From Prasinococcaceae sp. CCMP 1430 (lineage: Eukaryota > Plantae > Prasinodermophyta): a DNA stretch of 64,000 nucleotides. Position 1 is the stretch's first letter. The number at the start of each line of letters is the position of its first letter. Position numbers and translations under genes: made by a program. Where the stretch lies: positions 131,018 through 195,017 of the forward strand of contig RQSC01000006.1 of assembly GCA_013416795.1 (NCBI GenBank), read 5' to 3'. This document shows, one piece after another, positions 33,876 to 47,100 of this stretch. The notes below the pieces were generated by a model that saw only the letters and a program-made list of their open reading frames with translations, was not told where the DNA came from and ran no database searches.

Positions 33876-34665
33876 ACGCGCGTGCGTGCGTGCACACACA
33901 CCTCGGCGGCGCGCCGCCGTCGCCGCCCCCCCTCACCCCCGCCCCGTCCTCGCCCGCGTCCGCGAGCGACCGCGCGAGCTCCGAGAGCTCCAGCGGCACC
34001 ACCGCCGCGCCGGTGAGTATGGCGAGCGATACGATGGCCTTCCCCGGCGCGGTCTCGGGCACCACGTCGCCGAAGCCCACCGTTGTGAGCGTGGTGCACA
34101 CGAAGTACAGCGCGTCGAAGTAGTTGCCGAAGCCGGGGTTGGTGCGGTGCTCCGCCTCGTACACGAGCCCGGCGGCCACGAAGAAGACGCACGCCAGGGA
34201 GAAGAACACGCGGAAGGCGCGGAACTGCCACTCGCGCACGGCGCCGCCTGTGCGTGTGTGTTGGAGCGTGTGTGTGTGTGTGTGTGTGTTGATGCGTGTG
34301 TGTGTGTTTGTGTGTGTTGATGCGTGTGTGTGTGTGTGTGTTGATGCGTGTGTGTGTGTGTGTGTTGATGCGTGTGTGTGTGTTGTAGCGTGTGTGTGTG
34401 TGTATGCGCATGTGTGCGTGCGTGTGCGTGTGTGTGTGCGAGCACGTCAGCAGGTGTGCGTGCGCGCGCGTTCACGCGCGCGCGCGACGCACCGTCGGGC
34501 CCCCGCACGCCCAGCAGCTCGGCGATCTTGGCGAACTCGTCGAAGGAGCGCGAGAAGCGCACCAGCCGCAGCAGGCGCAGCACGCGGAGCAGCGACAGGA
34601 ACCTCAGCCGGTCGTCCAGCTCGCCAAGCAACGGCCCTGGTGTCCAGCCCACGATGCTCACCTGC

Positions 34666-34697
<32 letters not shown>

Positions 34698-34927
34698 GTG
34701 TGTGTGTGCGTGTGTGTGTGTGTGTGCATGCGTGTGTGTGTGTGTGAGCACGCATGCGCGCGCGTGTGTGCGAGCGTCCGTGCAGCAGCGGCCGCCAGCA
34801 CTCACCAGGTCCAGTAGCGACAGCGGCGTGAGAAGGTGCGATGGCGACCACCGCGCAGCCCACCAGCGCGCCAGATACTCCAGGATGAAATATGTGAGAC
34901 ATGCCGCCTGGCGTGTGCGCGCGTGCA

Positions 34928-34958
<31 letters not shown>

Positions 34959-35278
34959 AAGCTCGCGTGTGAGCGCAGGCGTCGCGTGCAAACGCGCGCG
35001 TGCGCAGGTGAATGCGTAGCGAGCGGACGCTGCACACACACGCACACACGTACACACACACCTACACACACGCAAACGCACACACACTCACGCAGTGGCA
35101 CACACACGCGCACCTCCGCGGCCTCGCACGCGGCGAGCGTCAGCAGGTAGAGGTCGAGCGTCTCGATGGCGTACAGCGCCGACGCGGCGACGACCACCAT
35201 GGCGCTCACCACCTCGCCGCCCGCGCTGTTGAGGTAGGCGTCCACCACGGCGCTGCGTGTGTGTGCGTGTGTGAGTAC

Positions 35279-35341
<63 letters not shown>

Positions 35342-35625
35342 TACGCGCACGCGTGTGTGTGCATGCCCGAGCGCGCAGCGGCAGCCACCGACACACACCT
35401 CGCGTCGACCCCGGTGGCGGCGTACTCTGTGTACGCGGCGGCGGCGGCAGCGCGGGCGACCTTGCCCCCCTCAGCGTCGTCGACGCCCTCGACGTCCTCG
35501 GCGTCAAAGCCGTCGCCCTCGCCGACGGCGCCATCAACATCCCCGCCGGCGCGCGCGCGAGCGCGCGTGCGCGCTCGTGCGCGCGCGCGAAGACGCGGTG
35601 CGCGAGCTCGCGCGGCCGCCGCCAT
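33448..35625 (-). CDS. Voltage-gated-type K+ channel (ion transport protein) with a C-terminal zinc ribbon; 6 exons (35625-35399, 35252-35114, 34907-34806, 34661-34493, 34247-33902, 33598-33448)
   Basis: S4 LRFLSLLRVLRLLRLVRF, pore DALYFVCTTLTTVGFGDVVP, C-terminal CAACG...CLRCG. Ala/Arg-rich N-terminus resembles a transit peptide. Confidence 0.9.
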
Positions 35626-36291
35626 GGGCGCGCGGCGCCGCGCGCGCGCGCGCTGTGCGGCACGACTGACACACACACGCACACACACACACACACACGC
35701 ACACACACGCACACACACGCACACACACGCGCACACACGCACGCGCGTGCACACGCGCGTGCACACACACACACGCGCGCGCACTTTTCCACTTTTTGTA
35801 ACGCCACGCAGCCGTGCGTTGAAACACCTCAAAAAGCATGCAGTATTAGACCCTTTATTTGTTCTGCGCGTGACGAACCCCAGGACCGCGACAGCGGGAG
35901 CTCAACCCGAAACCTCCTGTACGTACAGCACACCGCCAGCCACGCCTCCGCGTCCGCCGAGGCTGCCTCCGCGTCGGTGCACCCCAGCGCTGCTCTCTCG
36001 GCCTCCACCCGCGCGCGCTCCGCCTCTCGCTGCGCGCCCTCCATCCGCGACCTGAGGCCCTCCGTGATGGACTCGAGCGCGCCCGTCCTCTCTCGCAGCT
36101 TGTACTTTGTAGTGTACCCTGCCTATGTCTGCGCGGGTGGCGTCGGGGCGCAGGGAGGAAGGGGGGGGTGGGGGGCGCGGCGAGGCGGCGAGGGCGCGCG
36201 GAGGCGCGCGCGCGCGACGCCGGCGTGGCTCTCGCGTCGGGGTCGTGAACGTCTAGTGTACAGCGCGGACGCACGCGCGAGCGCTCGGCCC

Positions 36292-37105
36292 TCAGAACGT
36301 GTCGGTGAGGTCGCGGCAGCCGCACGGCGTGAGCCCCGAGCCCTCGCACAGCCAGCACGTGGCGCCCTTCTTGAAGGCCGGCTTGTGCCCGCCGAAGAGG
36401 TCCTCGCGGTTCACCTGGAGGACAGCGGGGGCGGCGTGTATGCGTGTGTGTGTATGCGCGCGCGCGTGTGTACGTGCGTTGTCGTGGTGGTTGTGTACAG
36501 TAGTGTGGTGAGAGATAAAACACAGGCGTCAGCGCCGTGCACGTTCCACGAGGCTGCGCAACGGCTGAGAGCGCGTGGCCGCCAGCGCGCCCCCTCACCT
36601 TCTCGCCGTTGCACTGCCCGCAGCGCTTGCGCCCCGTGCCGCCGCACAGCGGGCAGCCCGTGTCGCCGGCGAGCCAGTCCGCCTGCGAGAAGAAGCGGTC
36701 CGGCTCCCCCGCGCCCTCGAAGGCCGCCTCCTCGAAGCCCCCTGCGAGGTCCGCACCGGGTGAGCGCCGCAGCGCGAGTCAGTGAGTGCTCGGGGCGCTT
36801 CATGTCCGGTGCCTCGACGGCCATGGTGATAGCCGCGCGCGGCGGTGCGCTCGCGCGGGCGCATTGGCACACGCACCGTCCTCGCACCCCGGGGGCCCTG
36901 CCGCTCGGACCACGGCCGCGTCGCCGCGCGTCGGCCGGCGCGGCCCGCCCTGCGCTCCCGTACCGCTCGCTAGCGGCGCAGTGCCGCACACAGCGCACCG
37001 AGCGCGTCGCTGAGGGCGGGGGAGGTGGCCGGGAGGAGGGAGGGTGACGCGGGCGGCGCGTGTGGCGCACGTGGCGGTGCGCCGGCGGCGCGCGGATATG
37101 GGCAT
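36292..37105 (-). CDS. BSD2: BSD2-like DnaJ-type zinc-finger chaperone; exons 37105-36877, 36741-36598 and 36414-36292
   Basis: Hand-spliced: ...CPLCGGTGRKRCGQCNGEK|VNREDLFGGHKPAFKKGATCWLCEGSGLTPCGC, matching the BSD2 pattern VN..D.F.G.FK.G..CWLC.G. Exon phases are consistent. Confidence 0.75.
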
Positions 37106-37597
37106 TTTTTGTAAACCCTCGTTTTAGACCTTAAATGAGCGCGCGAGGCGCGGGCGACCCGCGCGGGCGGGAAACTGGCGACGTACCAACTCTGTTCGGT
37201 AATCGCGCCCTCATCTTCGAAATTGGCCTGTCTGGCCTTCCGCTTGACGACGACCTCGACATCATCGAGTAGTAGCTGGCCGTGGCGAAGCTTCTTAGCT
37301 TCAGCTCTACCTTCTGCACCGCAGCGCCTGCAGTCTTGGTCGGCGCGGCCTTCAAGCCCCCGGCCCTAAATACGGGCTGGGCGACCATATCGTGCACCTT
37401 CGGCTTTCCAGTCCACCGCCGTTGCCTCACGCCGTCCAAGGCGTCGTTGAGGGCAGCTTCGCTCCCGACTTCGGCGACTGGATACGAGTACCCGCAAAGC
37501 CCCGCCATCGCGGCGAGCATGTCGGCCGGGCCGACCGCCTTCGGCTTCGGGTCGGTTGCCCCAGACCGCAGGGGGGGCGCTTCCCAAGATCCGCCCA

Positions 37598-37965
37598 ATG
37601 GACGCGGCTACGTACGTCCGAATGATGCGCGACAAGGTCGTCCCTGCGATCCGGCGCAAGATGTGGTGGTGCAACACGACGGCGCGTCAGCGCACACGGG
37701 CCAGGCGCGGAAGACGCGTTTCGCGCGGCGGGCGTCGGGCGGCGCATGACGATCGACATCGCGCGCCATCCGCCCAAGAAGGGCGCCCGCGAGGCCGAGA
37801 AGGGCGCCCGCAAGGCCGAGCGCAAGGAGGCGGTGGCGAAGCTCACGGCCGAGGCAGCGACGTCCGAACTGATCTTCAAAGCCGAGCGCTACGTACAGCC
37901 ATTGCGGCCGATTTTCTTGGCCGCGAAGGGCGCCGTCGACGCCACGAGGAGCCTTCGGCGCCGCG
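37598..37965 (+). mobile_element. Decayed Tc1/mariner-type transposase remnant
   Basis: YVRMMRDKVVPAIRRKM, then in a shifted frame VVVQHDGASAHTG, then IDIARHPP. These resemble DKVLPAIRAKW / IQQDNAxPH / QPPNSPD of plant and oomycete mariners. No TIR found. Confidence 0.55.
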
Positions 37966-37980
37966 CGCGACCCCCCGTCA

Positions 37981-38296
37981 GACCCCTCGTCAAATCACCT
38001 CACATCCACCCACGGGCGACTACGTGGCTGTACGCCCACGACCCCCCATCAAAACGCAGGCGTTGAATATCCCGCATGGCCAATTCACATGCGGCCGCGC
38101 GCTCAGCTCAGCTACGAAAACCCCTTGGTCAAATACACCCACATCCTCCCACGGGCACCTCTCCCGAAACCCCCATCAAAACGCAAGGTTGAAGCTCCCG
38201 TATGGTCCCTCGTCAAACACAGTCACATCCACCCACGGGCACCTCTCCCCAAACCCCATCAAAACGCAGGCGTTAAGCTCCCACGAGGTCAATTCG
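37981..38296. repeat. Three imperfect copies of an 80-100-bp unit next to the transposase remnant
   Basis: cctcgtcaaa...cacatccacccacgggc...ccccatcaaaacgcaggcgtt at about 37985, 38123 and 38208. Confidence 0.85.
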
Positions 38297-38661
38297 CACG
38301 CGTCCGCGGGTACGGATCGCGCGGCCGCGAACGTGTGGCCCGCGGCGGCTCGCGCCGCTGCTGCTGTGGCCGCGCGCGCGCCCGCCGCAGGGCGCCGCGC
38401 CGGCCGCGGCGGCGCGTTGGCGCGCGGGCGTCAACGCGTGCGAACGTGTTGTGTGTGTGCAGTGCTGTACNGCGCGCCGCGCGCGCGCGCGCTCGCGTGA
38501 GCGAGCCGCCGGCGCGCCGCACGCTCCAGGTGAGAGCGCCCGCGCGTGCGCACACACACGCACGACCCTGCTAGCACGAGCACATGCGCGAGCACACATG
38601 CACGCACGCGAATTCTAACACACACACACACACGCATGCACGCACGCACACGGACACACAG

Positions 38662-40392
38662 GGCCGCGTGCCGCGCCCGGGCTCGGACGAGGAGGCGGCG
38701 CTCATCAGCGCCGAGCAGGAGGCCAAGGGCGGGCGGGCGTACATCAACGGTGCGTGCGTGTATGCGCCGTGCGCCATGCGGTCACACACACACACACACA
38801 CACGCACACACACGCACACACACACACTCACACACACACTCGACAGGCGCTCGCGTACGTCGTTGCGCGTGCTGACATCCATGCACACACGCGCGCAGCG
38901 ACGGGCTTCCCCTTTCCCCTGGCACCCTTCGGCGCGCGCCGCACGGTGCGCCGCGAGGTCGTCCGCGGCAAGGTGCGCATGTGTGTGTGTTTGCGTGTGC
39001 GTGTGCACGCACGCCGGCGTGTGTATGTGCCACAGCGGGTGTGTTAATAGTCCTGCGCATGCCTATTGCCAGCATGCGTGAGGGACCACGCGCATGCTCA
39101 CATCAACATACACACACACACGCTTACGCACACTCTCACACACTCCCCCACAAAACGCACGCACGCGCACACACACGCCCGCAGCTGTGGGCGTTCGAGC
39201 AGGAGCAGGGCATCGGCCTGGGCCTGGGCGTGTCCAACCTGGTGCGCATGACCGCCGTGCGGCTGGCGTCGGGGGGGATCGTCGTGCACGCGCCCGTGGC
39301 GCCCACGGCGGAGTGCGTGGCGCTGCTGGACGCGCTGGGCGGCGAGGTGGAGGCGGTGGTGCTGCCGACCACGCTGTACGAGCACAAGGTGCGCGCGCGG
39401 AGGCGCACACGCACGTGCGCACACAGGTACTCACACACATGCATGTGCGCGTGTGTGTATACACATGCTAACTCACACATACACACACGCACACACAGAT
39501 TTTCCTCGCGCCCTTCGCGCGCCGCTACCCTCGCGCGCGCGTGTACGTGGCGCCCGGCCAGTTCTCGTTCCCGGTGGACCTGCCGCTGCCGCTGCTGGGC
39601 GTCTTCGGCGCGGAGGTGCTCAGCGAGGACGACGCGGGGACGCCGTGGGAGGGGGAGATGGAGTGCCGCATACTCAGGCCGCCCGCACTGGTGGGGGGGA
39701 CGTACAGGTGAGCGCGCGCGCGCGTGTGTACGTGTGTGCGCGCGCGCGTGTGTATGTGTGGCGGTGTGCGATTGATGGTGCTGCTTGCAGTCAGTCGCTG
39801 ACGCACACGCACACACGCACATACACACACGTCAACGCGCACACGCACGCACGCGCGCGCCCCGCGCCTTGGCCTTCCTCACTCCGCGCAGGTACTGCGA
39901 GGCCGCCTTCTTCGTGCGCGCCACGCGCACGCTGCTCATCACCGACGCTGCGGTGTACGTCCCCGCCGAGGCGCCGGAGATCGTCGGCGCGGAGATGGTG
40001 GAGCGCACCGGCTCGGACGACAACGTGCTGCTGCGCACGCTCAAGGCCATCAACTACGGCGGGGGCTTTAGGAAGAGGGCGGAGGTGCGTGCTCGCGTGC
40101 GCGCTCGTGTGCGTGTGTGTGTATATCTGAGTGTGTGTGGGGGTGTGTGTGCGTGTACGTGTGATTGCGGCTGACAGGACGCCCACCGCAATCATTCCCG
40201 TACCACGGCCTCGTACGACACACAAACACACGCACACGCACACGCACACGCTCGCGCGCGCAGGAGCTTGAGGCGCGCGAGGCGCTGTCGCCCGCGGAGG
40301 TGGTGCGGCGCGGCTGGCAGCGCATCTGCCTCTTCGCGCTGTACATCGCGCCCGCGGGGGAGTCCATACTCGAGCCACAGGTGCGTGCGTGC

Positions 40393-40428
<36 letters not shown>

Positions 40429-40798
40429 ATGTGCGTCTTCGCGCGAGCATGAATGCGTGCGTGTCTGTGTGTGTTCAACAGTTCTCGCGGGGCCGCTGAC
40501 GGGAACATGCCATCGTCCCTCTTTTGCGCGCACACACCCACACACCCGCACGCACTTCTGTTGCATTCGCACACACACACACACACACGTGCGTGCACGC
40601 ATCAGGCGGCGTTCGACAAGGTGGCCGGCCGCTGGCTGGTTGGCCCCATCGTGTGGTCGCTGGTCTTCAAGAATGTGGCGCCTTCAGTTGCAGCGTGGGC
40701 GGACGAGGTGTGTCGCTCTCGGCTTGCATTGCGCGTGCATGCGCGAATGCGCACGCGCATGCTGACGCGCGAACGCGCACGCGCATGCTGACGCACGC

Positions 40799-40830
<32 letters not shown>

Positions 40831-41638
40831 GCGCGCGTACACACACAGGTGTGCGAGTGGGACTTCACCAACGTCATGCCGTGCCATTTCGCGGGGCCCG
40901 TCAGGGCGACGCCCGAGGAGTTCAGGGAGGCGTTCGACTTCGCTGACGCCGGCGAGGTCGCCAGGGCGCGAGGGTGCGTTTGTACGCGGGGATGCGCGCG
41001 CGTGATTGCGTGCGTGTGTGTGTCCCGCCGTGCGCGCGTGCTCATTCTGCACACTAGGTGCCCGTACACGTGCTGACATTGAAACCACGCGGTGCCCGCG
41101 GACGCGCGTGCCACCCTCTCAACACACACGCACACACAACGCACACGAACACACAAACACACAAACACACACACGCACACACACGCCCGCGTAGCTCTCC
41201 GGCCGAGGGCATCCGCCGCGCGCGCAAGTCCTTCAGCAGGGCGATGCGCAGGCTCGGCGTGAGCGGCGAGGGGGACGAGGGCGATGCCGGCGCCGGCCCA
41301 GGCCGCGGCCAGCGAGGTGCGTGAAAGCTCGCGTGTGTTTGTGCCTGAGCGTGCGCATGTGTTCGTAGACATTTGCTCGTGTGTGTGCTGGCGTGTGTGT
41401 ATGGTCTTCCTTGCACACGCGTGTGTGCACTTGCGTGCGTGTACGACCGTACACCGTCGCTGACGCCCGTACGCTCTCTCTCTCTCTCTCTCTGCGCGTG
41501 GCCGCAGCCGAGGGCCCCGAGCTGGACGCGGCGCGCGACGAGTACTACCTCGACTCGATCGGCCGCGACGACGTCGCCACGCTCGCCGGCGTGTCGGGCG
41601 CGCTCGAGAAGATCGGCCTGCTGAGGCGCGCGCGGTAG
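38662..41638 (+). CDS. DUF4336-domain protein, about 9-10 exons; 5' end broken at N 38471
   Basis: PLAPFGARRTVRREVVRGK|LWAFEQ...RMTAVRLASGGIVVHAPVAPTAEC...LPTTLYEHK|IFLAPFARRYP...|YCEAAFFVRATRTLLITDA...|WDFTNVMPCHFAGPV. Confidence 0.9.
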
Positions 41639-42050
41639 CGCGCGCGCGCACACACACTCAGGCGTGCGCTCGGCACGCACACACGCACAGGCACGTGCTT
41701 CATGCATGCATGTGTGTGTGTGCGTGCGTGCTCGTGCGTACGTGCGCTCATACACGTGCGTTCATGTTTGGGCTGCGGAGGCGCGCGCAATAGCGCGCCT
41801 CGCAAACAACACATCCGCCGAGGGGTCGGGCGCGGGGTCGGGCGGCGGCGTGTGCGCGTCGGCCGCATCGCTCGCCGTCTCGCTCTCCAACTAGTAATGA
41901 GACACACAGACAGATAAAGCGCCGGCGCGCACACGCAGGCGCTCAAACACGCATACACACACGCATGCACGTACGCACACATGACGACGAATGCGCGCAT
42001 GCGTGCACACACGCACACGCACTCGTGCACACTCAAGCGCAAGCGCGCGC

Positions 42051-42114
<64 letters not shown>

Positions 42115-42198
42115 GCACGCCCGCGCGACGCCCGGCCGCCCCTCGAACAACCACCGCCTCAATTAATGTGTACACTTTCGGGACGCGCCGCGCGGCGC

Positions 42199-42678
42199 CT
42201 ACTTGTCGTTGATGGTCTTCATGTCGCCCGCGAAGTCGCCGAGGTCGCCGTACTTGTCGTCGAACTTGTTGAGCTGCCCGGCCTCGACGATGAGGCTGTC
42301 CGTGGTGCCCTGCGGATGGCGTGCGTGCGCAGGGAGGGCACGCGCGCAGACACACGTGCACACACACGCGCGCACGCACACGCGGCGCGGTCGCAGGTGG
42401 CATCTCCGTCAGCGCACGTTTCGCGCACATTGAAACATACGCCGGCACGCGTGCGCGAGCGCACACACACACACACGCGCGCAGAGATGTGCGCACGAGC
42501 ATACACGTGCGCGTAGAGGCGCACACGCACGCGCATGAGCTCCCCCGCACGCACACACACGCGCGTGCGTGCGTGCACACGCGCATGCACACGCACGCGC
42601 CTGTCTGCATGCGCCTGCACACTCGCACGAACGCACGCACACACGCGTGTGTGGCCGCGGGCAGAAGTACGCACACGC

Positions 42679-42714
<36 letters not shown>

Positions 42715-43482
42715 GCAAACGCACACACACGCGGCAGCCTCGGCCAGGCGCGGCGCGCCGCCCGCACCTGGTACACCGGGTGGTTGCCCGACCACACGTC
42801 GACCACGTACTCCTCCTTGGTGCCGGACACGACCTTCACCTCCTCGCCGTTGCACCACACCTGCGAGTGCACGCGCGCATGCGTGCGTGTGTGTGCGTGC
42901 GTGTGTAGGTGTGTGTGTGTGTGTGTGTGTGCGTGTGTGTGCGTGTGTGTGTGTGTGCGTGTGTACGTGTGGACGCGCGTGCGCGGATTGGCATGCGGAC
43001 GAGCGCGAGTGCGTCAGCCTCGCGGGCGTCGAGGAGAAACGCGCGGCCGCGCGCACACACCCTCACGCACGCGCGAGCGAGCGGGCGAGGGGGCGAGTGC
43101 ACACACGTGCGCGCACGCAGCCCGCGGAAAGCGCGCGCACATGCGCGTGTGCGTGCACACGCTCGCTTGTGCGCACGCACGCCAGGGCGCATGCACGCCG
43201 CAGGCAGCGCGGCGGCACGCACGCGCGCGCGCGCACGCACGCACGCGCACACGCGCAGGACCGCGCGCGCGACGCACGCAGGCGCGGCGCGAACGCACGC
43301 GCAAGGTCTCGCACACGCCCGCGTGGTCACACACACGCACGCACACGCACGCACACGCACGCACACGCGCGCGCAGCGGCGGCTGCGGCCGCGAGGGTTT
43401 GAGGCCGGCNCACCGCCGCGGCCGGGCGCGCGCGCGCCGGCGCGACCGCCTTGGCGCACGTCGCCGCGCACAGGGACGCCAT
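42199..43482 (-). CDS. rpl31: Plastid 50S ribosomal protein L31; exons 43482-43411, [45319-45257, displaced], 42860-42768 and 42309-42199
   Basis: VWCNGEEVKVVSGTKEEYVVDVWSGNHPVYQ|GTTDSLIVEAGQLNKF; transit peptide MASLCAATCAKAV. Confidence 0.92.
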
Positions 43483-43874
43483 CGCGGACGGGGGGGCGGA
43501 GGGGGGGCTGCACAGCGCGCTGTGTGGCACGCAACGCGCGCAGCGTCGCACAACGCGCGGAAAACCCCCGCCATCAAAACGCCTCCCATCCAAAATTCAC
43601 ATCCCCTTCTGCGTTTTGTAACCTCACTAAACCACTAATTGTACATATGGCACAAACACGGTAAAAGAATTGAGACATGATATCATCCGTGAATTGGCAG
43701 GGCATAATGGGCGGCGGAGCAAACACGTCATCCACCGGTGCGTGCGTTTGGGTTAGGGTTGGGAGTTAGGGTATGTCTGGGAGGTGTGGAGGGTATACGT
43801 GCGGGCGGCCGAGCGCGGGCGCGGGAGCGAGAGGGAGAGGGGGAGGGGGGAGGGAGGGGGAGAGGGCGAGAGAG

Positions 43875-43906
<32 letters not shown>

Positions 43907-44183
43907 AGAGAGAGAAAGAGAGAGAGACAGGCGGGGAGGGTGCAGAGGCGAGCGCACCGGAGGCGAGCGCACCGGAGGGGGAGAGCTACTGCGCTGGCGA
44001 GCTTGCTAGAGAGAGACAGAGAGAGAGAGACAGAGCGTGGGCACGAGCCGAGCGCGAGACGGGCGCTCCTGGTGCTGCGTTGAGGCACGGCGTTCTTACG
44101 GCGGTCTTACGCGCGCGCGGCCGCTCGCGCCGTCGCGCGCTCGCGACTCTCCCCCGCGCCGCGCCGGCAGCGCGCGCGCGCGC

Positions 44184-47100
44184 TCACGCGAGGCCGTGCG
44201 TGACGCGCTCCTTGTGGATCTGGTGGCAGGTGCGGTCGACGACGTGCAGCAGCTTCTCGATGGTGGTCGCCCACGACGACAGCGTCCGCGCCGGGTCGGC
44301 GGCGCCGCCGAAGAGCACGGTGCCCGCCGGGCGGTCGATCTTGGCGGCCACGCGCCCGGCGACCACCATGTCGGAGAGGTGCTTCTCCGCCTCGGCGACC
44401 TCGAGCGAGAGGAGCGTCGCGAGCCGCTGCAGCGTGATCTTTGAGTAGTACGCCACCACGACGAGCAGGTTGTGCTCCACGATGCGCAGGCGCAGGTCCT
44501 CGAGGCGCTTGGCGCCCGCGTCGCCGCCGAAGATGGCCGCCGCGGCGTCCATCTGCGGCTTGTGTGTGGCCTGCAGGCTGCTCCAGTGGATGATCTCCTT
44601 GGTGATGAAGGTCTTGAGCAGCGCCTTGTGGCCGGCCAGCTCGTCCATGCTCTTGTCCGAGTGGAGCCGGCGCACGAGGTCGTCCTGCTCGGGGCCCGAG
44701 GGCGCGAGCAGCACGTACCACGTCGCCGCCTCGAGCAGCGGCTTCCAGCGCAGCGGCTCCGCCTTGACGCTCGGCGTGTCGTACACGGCCATGTGGCAGC
44801 GGCACATCTCGAGGTAGTCGTTGTTGCTCGCGTGGTAGCGCGCCATGTGCTCGTAGTAGGTCACCTTGAGCGCCTCGAGCTCGGGCGTTCCCTCGACGGG
44901 CTCCTGGATGACCGCGTCGGCGTTGAGCGGCTCGGGCTCCTTCTTGCCCTTCTCGCCCTCCTGCGGCTCGCGCGCGGGCGGGCGCGCGGGCGCGGCGTCA
45001 GTCGGCCGACCCGCCGGCGGGCTCGCGCAGGACCGCGCGCGCGACGCACGCAGGCGCGGCGCGAACGCACGCGCAAGGTCTCGCACACGCCCGCGTGGTC
45101 ACACACACGCACGCACACGCACGCACACGCACGCACACGCGCGCGCAGCGGCGGCTGCGGCCGCGAGGGTTTGAGGCCGGCGCCTCCGCGGCAAAAAAAA
45201 CGCCGGCGAAAAAAAAGAAAAAAAAAGCGCGCGCGCGCGCGCGCGCGCGCGCGCACCTTGGCCTCGTCGTGGAACTCCGGGTGGAGGTCGGGCTTGGCGG
45301 CGACCTTGACCGAGCGGCGCTGCGGGGGGGAAGGAGAAGGTCAGGGCGAGGCGCAGGTCGGGGGCGCGCGGCGAGGCTGGCAATTTCGCGGAATGCGNGG
45401 CGCGCTCGCGCATGTCGTCCTTCATCTCGTCGAAGATCTCCACGGCCATCTCCCAGTCGGCTGACACGCCGCACGCGCGAATGGCCAGGTTGTACGCCTG
45501 CGTGTCGAGCAGGTCGGGATACGTCGAGCGCAGGTGGCGCAGCAGCTCGCACGCGAAGCCGCCCTCGCCGTGGGTCACGCACGCGCGCAGCACCACCGAG
45601 TACACCTGAATGGGAAGAGGCTCGGAGGGGGCGTTGCGCTCGCTCCCAGGCTTCGAGCCGGCCCGCGTGGGCCGCAGCAGCAGGTTGGCGATGCGCCCGA
45701 AGTTTCCGTCGGACGCGGCCTTGGATATGGCGGCGATGCGCTGCGCCTCCGCGCCCCGCCGCCTGGCGGCCTCCGCGCGCAGGGCCGCGGCGGCCGCCGC
45801 CGCGGCGACACCCCCGTCGCCCTCGCCGTCGTCGCCGCCGATGGACGCGGCGTCGGCGCGCGCCGCTCTGTCCCGGCGCGCGCTCTGCTCCTGCCAGCGC
45901 AGCATCAGCTCGCGCACGTCGTCGATCCGCGCGGTGGCCTTGTCTCCCGCCTCGGCGGCGGCCTTCAGGAGCGAGTTGAAGATGGCCTCGTTGGGCGTCA
46001 CCCCCGTCCCGGACACGAGCGCCTCGACAACTCCAAGGGCGCGGTCCCACTGGTTCGTCTTGAGGCATGCTGCCACCACCGCGCCGTACGTGGCCACGTC
46101 GGGCGGGGGCCCGGCGCGCTGCATCGCCATCACGGCGCGCAGCGCGCGCTCCACCTGGCCTGAGCTGGCGTACGCCGCGAGCAACGCGTTGTGCGCATCC
46201 GGCGAGTCCAGCACGCGCTCCAGCGGGGGGCGACCGGCGGCCTCCGCAATGTCCGCGCGCAACCGCCGCGCGCGCTGGAAGGCGGCCTGCGCCTTTCGCC
46301 AGTCGCCGCTGGCGCCCGCCCACGTGCTCACGTATGCAGAGCAGGTGGCGGCGTTTGGCACCACCGAGTTGTCGCGCATCCAGCGCAGCACGTCATTCGC
46401 ACGCTCGGGCTCGTTGGCCACGCCGCACGCCGACACAAGCGCGGAGCACACGTAGTTGTTGGGGGTGACGCCGCGGGCCTGCATATCGCCGAAGGCCTCG
46501 AAGGCGCGAGAGAGCTCGCCGCACGAGCCATACGCGCCGATGAGCGCTGAGAAGCACTGCACATCAGGCGCCACGCCGCGCGAGAGCATCTCGCGCCACG
46601 CGGTGTCCGCACGCTTCCACTCGCCCGCCTCGCTGTACGCTGCGAGCAGCTGGGTGTACGTCTTGGGGTGGGCGGCGAACGTCCCGGGTAATCGCCGCAT
46701 GCGCGCGTCGACGCGGATCACCGCCTCCAGCGCGCGCTCGCGCCGGGCGCGCGCGGCGCACCTTGGCCGCGGCCTTCTCGGCGCGCTTGAACGTCCTGGG
46801 GTTGATCTTCTTGGACAGGATCTGCGCGCGCATGAAGTCCTTGTGGTCCAGGCACAGCCGCACCTGCTCGAGGATGAAGGCGATCTTCTCGCGGCGGTGC
46901 ATGGCGCCGAACGTCTCCACCGCGCAGCCCTGCAGCACCTCGGCGGCCTCCTTGATCTTGCCCTGCTCCTCCTTGATGCGCGCCAGCTGCCGCACCAGGC
47001 GCGCGCGCTCGATCTCCACGTAGATCTTGCCCTCCGTCACTGTGTTGAGCGTCTCGATGAGCTCGACCTTCTTGGCGATGTCCGAGGCCGCGTCGACGTA

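Noticed and set aside
30100-43700. Many ORFs rich in HTHT, VCVC or RARA
   Set aside because: Translations of (CA)n, (TG)n and (CG)n microsatellites in introns and intergenic DNA, not metal-binding proteins.
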